Shown here piece after piece: positions 57,605 through 64,000 of a DNA stretch of 64,000 bases (position 1 is the stretch's first letter; each line of letters begins with the position of its first letter). The stretch lies in IMG/VR virus record IMGVR_UViG_3300031851_000011; one strand, given 5' to 3'. A program made the position numbers and the translations under genes. The notes beneath the pieces are model-generated. The model saw nothing but the letters and a program-made list of their open reading frames with translations, made no database searches and was not told where the DNA came from. This DNA comes from an uncultured virus (IMG/VR IMGVR_UViG_3300031851_000011). Taxonomy: Duplodnaviria; Heunggongvirae; Uroviricota; Caudoviricetes.

Positions 57605-57640
57605 AAATAATTTTCGGGTAGGAATCCGAGTCGCGACTCA

Positions 57641-57671
57641 AAAGGGGGTGCTATAAGCATCCCCTTTTTTT
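57641..57671 (+). terminator. intrinsic terminator
   Basis: AAAGGGGGTGCT..AGCATCCCCTTTTTTT. Confidence 0.8.
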
Positions 57672-57690
57672 ATTTCTGTTAAATTAATTC

Positions 57691-57719
57691 TTGACTGTTT
57701 AATCAATTTATTATATCAT
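57691..57719 (+). promoter_or_regulatory. sigma70-type promoter
   Basis: TTGACT-N17-TATCAT, 6 nt before ATG 57726. Confidence 0.75.
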
Positions 57720-57725
57720 AGCAAC

Positions 57726-58532
57726 ATGCCAGCAAAAAAGAAAGCTCCAAAAAGTAAATCAGAAGCAAAACAAAAAAACCCATATTCCCGCGACCAACTA
57801 GGTTTGCTGGAAAATATAGAATACAAGCATAATGTAGATGGTTCTATTGATTGGAGATCAATGATCCCCAATGAGTTTCTTTACGTTCGCTCTGAGTGGT
57901 TTACTAGAAAGGGTTTGGATGTTCCTAAATCGCCCGAAGGCTTGCAGGATAATCAACTTGCCATTATGCTTGGAGGCATTAAATACCTAGCAAAAATACG
58001 CGGGTTTTCTAAGGTTTTGTTTGACGTATCTCATGTTCGCAAAGACTACATTTCATGTAAATGCACCATTCACTGGAATCATAACTTTGAAAGCATCGGC
58101 TCATCTGAATTTCCTCAAAAAGAAGATGTTGTTTATCAAGAATATGCTAATGCTACATCTGAAAATACAAATAGCTTTTGTTTAAAGTTCTTGGAAACCA
58201 TTGCTTGTAACCGCGCCTTTGTTCGTTGTGTGCGTAATTTCTTAAATATTCATATTGTTGGAGTTGACGAACTTGACAATTCCAGCGGTGTTCCTCAATT
58301 CGAGACGCTAGATAATGAAGATCCAAATGCATCACTATCGCCTCAGTCACAGCTTGACCAAACGGTTGCAGATAAATTTGCAGTAGACTTCGACGAATTC
58401 AAATCTACAAAACTTCGAGAGTTTTGGGAGAATAATTCTTATCGAAATAATAATACGGCAGATTGGAAATCATTCTCTGATATACCAGCAAAAGACGCCA
58501 GACAAATTCTCAACCTGATAAAAAAGTCTTAA
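57726..58532 (+). CDS. hypothetical, possible Rad52/Sak-like annealase
   Basis: LGGIKYLA, ANAT..LETIACNRAFVRCVR helix motif; next to SSB-like gene. Confidence 0.4.
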   Translation: MPAKKKAPKSKSEAKQKNPYSRDQLGLLENIEYKHNVDGSIDWRSMIPNEFLYVRSEWFTRKGLDVPKSPEGLQDNQLAIMLGGIKYLAKIRGFSKVLFDVSHVRKDYISCKCTIHWNHNFESIGSSEFPQKEDVVYQEYANATSENTNSFCLKFLETIACNRAFVRCVRNFLNIHIVGVDELDNSSGVPQFETLDNEDPNASLSPQSQLDQTVADKFAVDFDEFKSTKLREFWENNSYRNNNTADWKSFSDIPAKDARQILNLIKKS

Positions 58533-61039
58533 ACTCCAAACAGGTTTCTTTGACCCGCTGTTGTTCGGGGTGATGTTGACTTCAGATTAGTAGCTTTTTT
58601 ATAGAAGTCGCTAACAATTACCTGATCGTCAATCGGTATCAAGTCCCTTGTTGATCTTGATATTGTCGTTGTCACGCCACCCCCCCCAGCCAAGCTTATA
58701 GACAGTGAGTTTATTGTTATATCATCAAATTCTGGTATTTCTAGCCCGTAAATAGTCTCAGAAGAGCTTTTTTGAGGGCTTGATGGTGTAGAATTGTTAA
58801 TATTGTTTGCAAAAGCTTTGATTTCTCCAAGCATTCCGTTTTTAGTGTTTAAATCGGCTGTGTCTAATGGATCTCCTGTACTTCCATTAATAATGGAATA
58901 GCTCTTATACTCAAAATCAGCAGAAGCATCTTCTCCAGTATCTGTGTTTTTTGCGTCGTAGTTATCTGAAGGATCGGCATCAGGATCGGCATCACCTTTC
59001 GCTTCTGCATCAATTTCCATTTTGCTTTTATTTCTATAAGTAATCCTAATTACATCATCTGGAACATCTATCGGATTGCCATTAGCATCGTTTTCTCGCA
59101 CCCCTAAAGCACTTGTAACAGGAGCTACTTTTTCATAAAGTTTTTTTGACAACTCTATTGATTGTCTTATATTTTCATCGGCAATTCTTTGGTAGCCAAT
59201 ATAAATATCGCTTAGTTTTGCAGGTTCAAAAAACATTTCTATATTAGTTTCGTTCAACCATTTTTTGAATTTAAGAGTATCGGCTTGTTCCACGAATTTT
59301 ATGTTAACAACTGGTCTTTGCTTTAAACCAATGAAAATATATTCTTTGGTAAACCCAGGTCTGTTTACGTCACCAACACCTGCATCATCTTTTTCCTTAA
59401 GGTTATTTTTTTTCAATAACTCATCTATGGTTACGTCCTTTTCACCAAAGAATTCTAATAATGGTCTCATGAATGACAAATCTTCTACGTCCATTATTTT
59501 GTCTCCCACCTTAAATGGACCTAGTATTTGCAAATTAGTACCATCAAAATTCTTCTTTAGGGCTTGTTGTTCTGTATAAGTTGCAGATACAAACAATGAT
59601 CTATGCATCGACTCAAAGAAAGATTCAATAACTTGTATTAAACCTAGGTCTTGTGGTTTGTTTAAAGTGGCTTGAGCCACAACTTGATTACCGTCTTCGT
59701 CTTCAACTATACTTTGAGATTGTGATTTTGCATCATACCATTTCGCTTCTTCTCTTTTAAAACCAGTATCTCTATTCACTTTATCCGCTTTATCGGCTCC
59801 TTTTATATCTTTCCATATAACTTCTTTTTCTCTATGTGCCTTTATTTTTTTTATTTTTTCTTCATTTTCTTCACCATCTTCACCATCTTCACCAATTTTT
59901 AATAAATCAGGTAGAAATTCTCTAAAATTTTGGCTCTTAAACATTAACCAAAAAAAGACAGCATCAAATGAAAACCCGTTCAAACTTTTAGTAGCCCATA
60001 GAGCATAAAAAACTTTAAAAAATTCTTCATGGTCTTCCGACATCAATCCCGTTAATGCTATTCTATAGAAATTAGTAGCTCTATCTTTCCGACCCGCATT
60101 ATCATTTTGAATTATCTTTCGATCACCCCCTTCATAATCTCCAATTAAAGAATTAACTATAACCTTGTTTATTTTTGATTCTGTAAAAGAAACATTTTGT
60201 ATCTTTTCAGTTTCGGGGTTATCCACTTTATTGGGAACTTGTATCTTAGAAGCCTCTAGAGAATCTATGAAGTTAATACTTCCATCTTCAGCGTTTATAT
60301 ACCAATAGTATCCCAAGCTAGATGCAATAGAAGAAACAACGGCAGAAGCCCTACCTGAAGTATTGAAAATCGTTGAATCGTTGTCTGGGAGACCATTGAT
60401 TGTCAAGTTCATAAGTTTCATCGCCTCTTTAAATTCTGAAAGTTTGAAACCATATAATAAAGAATAATTTGATATATTTTCACTTTCGTCATCTTGTTTT
60501 GCTACATCTGTATTGAAACTCAAACCTTCCTCCTCCTCCTTATTATGATAACCCAATGAATAAGGCTCATTGTCGTGTTTTCCAGCATACACAGAATAAG
60601 TTTTGCCAATAACAATTAATCCGCCATCCTTCTCTGGATTTAGTGCTGGTGCTGGCTCGATACTACTTAAAGGATGTTCACTATGTTTGTATATCTTTCC
60701 CTCAAAAACTAATTCGCTTTCTGGTGAAGCTGATACACCTCTAACCGCAAATACATGAGAATCTAATATTAATGAAGTTTTGTCTCTAAATTTGACTGAT
60801 TTTTTTAAAACGTTATTTGAATCTTGAGAGTTAGTCTCTTCAACGGCAATAAAAAGGCTCATTATTTGTTGTACGTCACTATTAGAGAAATCAAATCTTT
60901 CGCCCAAAGCCCCGCTCATAGCCCCAAGGCTTGCGGTTCCTTTAGGTGTAACAGTATCCTTTATAGAGTTTACCGTTGCCGTGTGACCCCCTCCATTGTT
61001 TCCTAAGTTTAACTCCAGTCCATTTATTACCTCGCTCAT
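58529..61039 (-). CDS. large virion protein (baseplate hub/tail-like)
   Basis: ASSLGYYWYI..INFID and C-terminal INSLSISLAGGGGVTTTIS; last gene of structural operon. Confidence 0.55.
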   Translation of the reverse strand: MSEVINGLELNLGNNGGGHTATVNSIKDTVTPKGTASLGAMSGALGERFDFSNSDVQQIMSLFIAVEETNSQDSNNVLKKSVKFRDKTSLILDSHVFAVRGVSASPESELVFEGKIYKHSEHPLSSIEPAPALNPEKDGGLIVIGKTYSVYAGKHDNEPYSLGYHNKEEEEGLSFNTDVAKQDDESENISNYSLLYGFKLSEFKEAMKLMNLTINGLPDNDSTIFNTSGRASAVVSSIASSLGYYWYINAEDGSINFIDSLEASKIQVPNKVDNPETEKIQNVSFTESKINKVIVNSLIGDYEGGDRKIIQNDNAGRKDRATNFYRIALTGLMSEDHEEFFKVFYALWATKSLNGFSFDAVFFWLMFKSQNFREFLPDLLKIGEDGEDGEENEEKIKKIKAHREKEVIWKDIKGADKADKVNRDTGFKREEAKWYDAKSQSQSIVEDEDGNQVVAQATLNKPQDLGLIQVIESFFESMHRSLFVSATYTEQQALKKNFDGTNLQILGPFKVGDKIMDVEDLSFMRPLLEFFGEKDVTIDELLKKNNLKEKDDAGVGDVNRPGFTKEYIFIGLKQRPVVNIKFVEQADTLKFKKWLNETNIEMFFEPAKLSDIYIGYQRIADENIRQSIELSKKLYEKVAPVTSALGVRENDANGNPIDVPDDVIRITYRNKSKMEIDAEAKGDADPDADPSDNYDAKNTDTGEDASADFEYKSYSIINGSTGDPLDTADLNTKNGMLGEIKAFANNINNSTPSSPQKSSSETIYGLEIPEFDDITINSLSISLAGGGGVTTTISRSTRDLIPIDDQVIVSDFYKKATNLKSTSPRTTAGQRNLFGV

Positions 61040-61806
61040 AAATTGTAAGAAGTTGTTTCTTTTTTATAAATTTCTGCTGTTGCGCTCTTGCCAACTTCAA
61101 CTAAACTTACACCAGTATAAGTGAAAATGAAGCTAGACATTGGCTGTTCTGTACCATTTATGTAAGCGTCTACTTGGTTTGGGATGAATTTCTGACCAAA
61201 TGAATCAGCCGCCCCGCTGTTATATTCAAAAATATTTTCGGGTTTTTTTAAAGCAAAGAATTTTCCAGTTACTTGTGGGTCTAACCCAGTAAATTCATCA
61301 TAAGATGGGAATTTTTGACCATTGCAAAAAACATCCCATCCAGAAAACAAATCACCACTATATGTTGAACCACCAGCCAACAAACCCTGAGTAATTAAAT
61401 CTTCCGTTAAATCATTAAGCGCCCCCGTTGGGTTACCCCCTGTATGCATTGTCAATACACCAGTATCGACCTCAGTTTTATCATATAAAACAACTCCAGA
61501 ACGATTAACAGGTAATGTTTCATCTAGGAATATTTTTCCTTTACTAGCTTGCTTGCTGAAATCCAAATAGTAATCACCAGATGGTGCTTCTATATATACT
61601 TGACTTGTCCCAGTGTAATAAAATGGTTGCGCCTGAAAAAGAGTTTGCGAATTTAAAGAAACCCTTGACATGTTAATTCCAGATATAACAGAGTAATCAA
61701 TATTATAATATTGAGATTTAGAAGCTGTATTATTACGCTCCTCTAACTTGTATCTACTACCAGACAAGCTAGCAGAGCCTGTTGACATTATGTAATTATA
61801 GTTCAT
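61036..61806 (-). CDS. putative virion structural protein
   Basis: S/T/G/Y-rich, VFCNGQK and YINGTEQ motifs. Confidence 0.55.
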   Translation of the reverse strand: MNYNYIMSTGSASLSGSRYKLEERNNTASKSQYYNIDYSVISGINMSRVSLNSQTLFQAQPFYYTGTSQVYIEAPSGDYYLDFSKQASKGKIFLDETLPVNRSGVVLYDKTEVDTGVLTMHTGGNPTGALNDLTEDLITQGLLAGGSTYSGDLFSGWDVFCNGQKFPSYDEFTGLDPQVTGKFFALKKPENIFEYNSGAADSFGQKFIPNQVDAYINGTEQPMSSFIFTYTGVSLVEVGKSATAEIYKKETTSYNL

Positions 61807-63167
61807 CTTAATCCTTTGTAGTAAATATAGTCGCTTTTCAACGCCTCAATTGATTCATTAAATACTATACCTGAGTATTGACCTGTTGATCCTGTTACAC
61901 TTTCATAAAGAGCGGTCTTATCAACTCCACTCACTACGCCCAACACACCCGTTTGCTCAACTTGTTGGTATATCGAATAACTTCCTGTTGATAGTTTAGT
62001 TTCAAGATTCAATGCTATATCACCCGTTAAGGTATAGTTTCCGCCTTGCAGACCTAGCGTATCAAATGCACATTCTCCAGTTGGCGCATAGTCGTTAGAA
62101 TTAGATGGATCAAGATAACCCAACTTTTCTTTGTAAGATGTCTTTAACCCATCATTATCGTAATTATAAAAAACATACATTTCGTCGCCCTCACTTCCAG
62201 ATACGGTCGTAGCACCAGTCAAAACTCCCGTGTAGCTAATCCTACCTGTTGAAACAGTCAAATTTCCAGCGGATTGCAGTGTTGTACCTGTAGAACCTGT
62301 TGCATAATTTACTGTGTCTGTATATCCAGTAATAAAATTTTGAACAGTCTGTATTCCCGTATTGTAAAAATAATCACCCAAAATACCACTAGTTAATTTC
62401 TTTAAGTTATGGGCTGATATACTGCCAGAGAAAATAGCCAATTCATTCAATGAGGCATTGACCGTTGGCACAGACGCACTTGAAGACTTAAAATATTGAG
62501 GTGATCCGCCTACATATAAATCTGTCGGTTGAGCAATTTCTGAAGAATTAAAATTAAAAGTTTCCTTATCAACAACATCATTGAATAAATCAAATTTTGA
62601 AAAAACAACATTTCCCCGATCAAAAGACAAACCAATTATGTTTCTTTCGGACATCTCTATGGAATTGGTTGACACAATAGATGGTCCGCTAGGTTGATAA
62701 GCCTCGAAAAACATATTGCCTCTATCATTTACGCCAAAGTTAAATCCTCGCGAACCTGTTACATCTACAGAACCCACAGTTTCTTCAAACCTTTCATAAG
62801 ATCCTAAAATGACTCCATTTTCAACTTCAGCATTCCATTGAAAGTCAACCAACAAAGACATGCTTTTAATATCCAATCCCTCAATGGGTATCTTTAGATT
62901 GCTTTGATCCAATCTTCCTCGCCCACTTACTGCTCCAGTAATCAAGCCCGACACACCAACCTCTGTAGCTCCTGTAGCGCTGACAATTGTTGCTGTATGC
63001 TTGCCCGTATCATAAGCAGGGTATTGGTTGTTTAGAATCCCCGTATAAGTGCCGCTTGATTCTGGGTTTATCTCTCCATTATATTCGGCAAAATCATAAT
63101 AAGCCGCCAACCTCTCATTGCTTTGAAATTGAGATGTAAGTATGTAATGTAATCCACTCGCGCTCAT
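61803..63167 (-). CDS. LamG-like virion structural protein
   Basis: LAAYYDF, GFNFGVN, LYVGG, LNELAIF; T/G-rich. Confidence 0.6.
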   Translation of the reverse strand: MSASGLHYILTSQFQSNERLAAYYDFAEYNGEINPESSGTYTGILNNQYPAYDTGKHTATIVSATGATEVGVSGLITGAVSGRGRLDQSNLKIPIEGLDIKSMSLLVDFQWNAEVENGVILGSYERFEETVGSVDVTGSRGFNFGVNDRGNMFFEAYQPSGPSIVSTNSIEMSERNIIGLSFDRGNVVFSKFDLFNDVVDKETFNFNSSEIAQPTDLYVGGSPQYFKSSSASVPTVNASLNELAIFSGSISAHNLKKLTSGILGDYFYNTGIQTVQNFITGYTDTVNYATGSTGTTLQSAGNLTVSTGRISYTGVLTGATTVSGSEGDEMYVFYNYDNDGLKTSYKEKLGYLDPSNSNDYAPTGECAFDTLGLQGGNYTLTGDIALNLETKLSTGSYSIYQQVEQTGVLGVVSGVDKTALYESVTGSTGQYSGIVFNESIEALKSDYIYYKGLR

Positions 63168-64000
63168 TAATAAAATTTTGAAATGTTGTAGCTTATATTA
63201 TTTACACCAATAGAGTGGCTATCTGATTGATCATAACTTCCTTTCATATATCGTGAAACTAGACTCTTAAGATCCTGTAATCGATCTTCTTGTTCATCTG
63301 CTGTGGCAGATATTGAATATTCTCCAAGTGTTCTTTCAGAAACAAGCTGTGATGCGAATCCTTTAATAGTGGGAACTACATTAGAAAGCTGTAATGGGAG
63401 TTTATCTGTTATAGATAAAACAACATTATTCAATCCAGCATCTAAATCTATAGACGTGTCAAATTGTATGCTATAAGTTATTTTGTTATTAACAGGATCT
63501 TTTTGAACACTACTGCTTTTTACAGTATTGTTTAAATCAATATTTGATACCGTAAAGTCTGTGTTCCCAAGTTGAAAATCTAACCAGCCCTGATAGGCTA
63601 TATTGTAAGTATCTATACCGTCATAGGTGGCATCAATTTCTTGAAATCTTGCTGAGTTCTCATATAATCCAGTGTTAATAACGGAGCTTATACCATTAAA
63701 AAACAACTCCCCTTCTGCTGACACTATAAAGTTCGCGTTATCTTTATCTGCTTGAACTGACGACTTATATTTATGCCCGATATTACCTATCTGGTCTATA
63801 TTGTCTAGATCCATGTAAGAAAATGAAAAATCTATGGTATTAGCTCCAGTATTGATATTGTAAGAATAGGTATTGGGCTGGTTTCTAATAAACGAGAATG
63901 CATCAGAGTCGTAGGATGACATTGAAGCCGCTACATCTTGGATCAGAGCGTTTGTAGCGTCTTGAGGGGTAAACAACCCAGTATGCACCTGCTCACCGTC
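63167..64000 (-). CDS. virion structural protein, 5' truncated
   Basis: Open frame continues to window edge; repeated NTIDFSFSY / NKITYSIQF / NNISYNISKF strands. Confidence 0.55.
   Translation of the reverse strand, partial: DGEQVHTGLFTPQDATNALIQDVAASMSSYDSDAFSFIRNQPNTYSYNINTGANTIDFSFSYMDLDNIDQIGNIGHKYKSSVQADKDNANFIVSAEGELFFNGISSVINTGLYENSARFQEIDATYDGIDTYNIAYQGWLDFQLGNTDFTVSNIDLNNTVKSSSVQKDPVNNKITYSIQFDTSIDLDAGLNNVVLSITDKLPLQLSNVVPTIKGFASQLVSERTLGEYSISATADEQEDRLQDLKSLVSRYMKGSYDQSDSHSIGVNNISYNISKFY

Noticed and set aside
57605..57690. tRNA gene
   Set aside because: No cloverleaf or T-loop GTTC; explained by hairpins and terminator

Overview
64 kb of an AT-rich, densely coded large tailed-phage genome (standard genetic code, mostly minus strand; host not determinable). 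The left end carries an early or auxiliary operon: Rnl2-type RNA ligase, metallophosphoesterase, MazG-like, DenV-like and RuvB-like genes. Virion genes include a YadA-head-repeat fibre, a duplicated LamG protein and right-end tail/baseplate-like proteins. The replication block has a split PHP + epsilon + DnaE polymerase, DnaG, DnaB, RecA, NrdAB and a Clp ATPase, and there is also a phage sigma factor and a holin-endolysin pair. The glycosylation toolkit is unusually complete: HldA/HldC/HldD ADP-heptose enzymes, a HAD phosphatase, a cupin, Gmd, about ten glycosyltransferases and a sulfotransferase. Main highlights: (1) a candidate phage heptosylation system whose GT9 heptosyltransferase is split over two genes, with its catalytic half fused to a GT4 enzyme; (2) a recurring GTGTAA-N8-start motif, a candidate promoter for the phage sigma factor, alongside near-leaderless sigma70 promoters; (3) striking GCWGC avoidance visible in Ala-Ala codon choice; (4) a cassette flanked by 48-bp direct repeats holding a stop-disrupted DUF1353-like gene. 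All family calls are by eye from motifs; no searches were run. No tRNA, CRISPR array or reverse transcriptase was seen.
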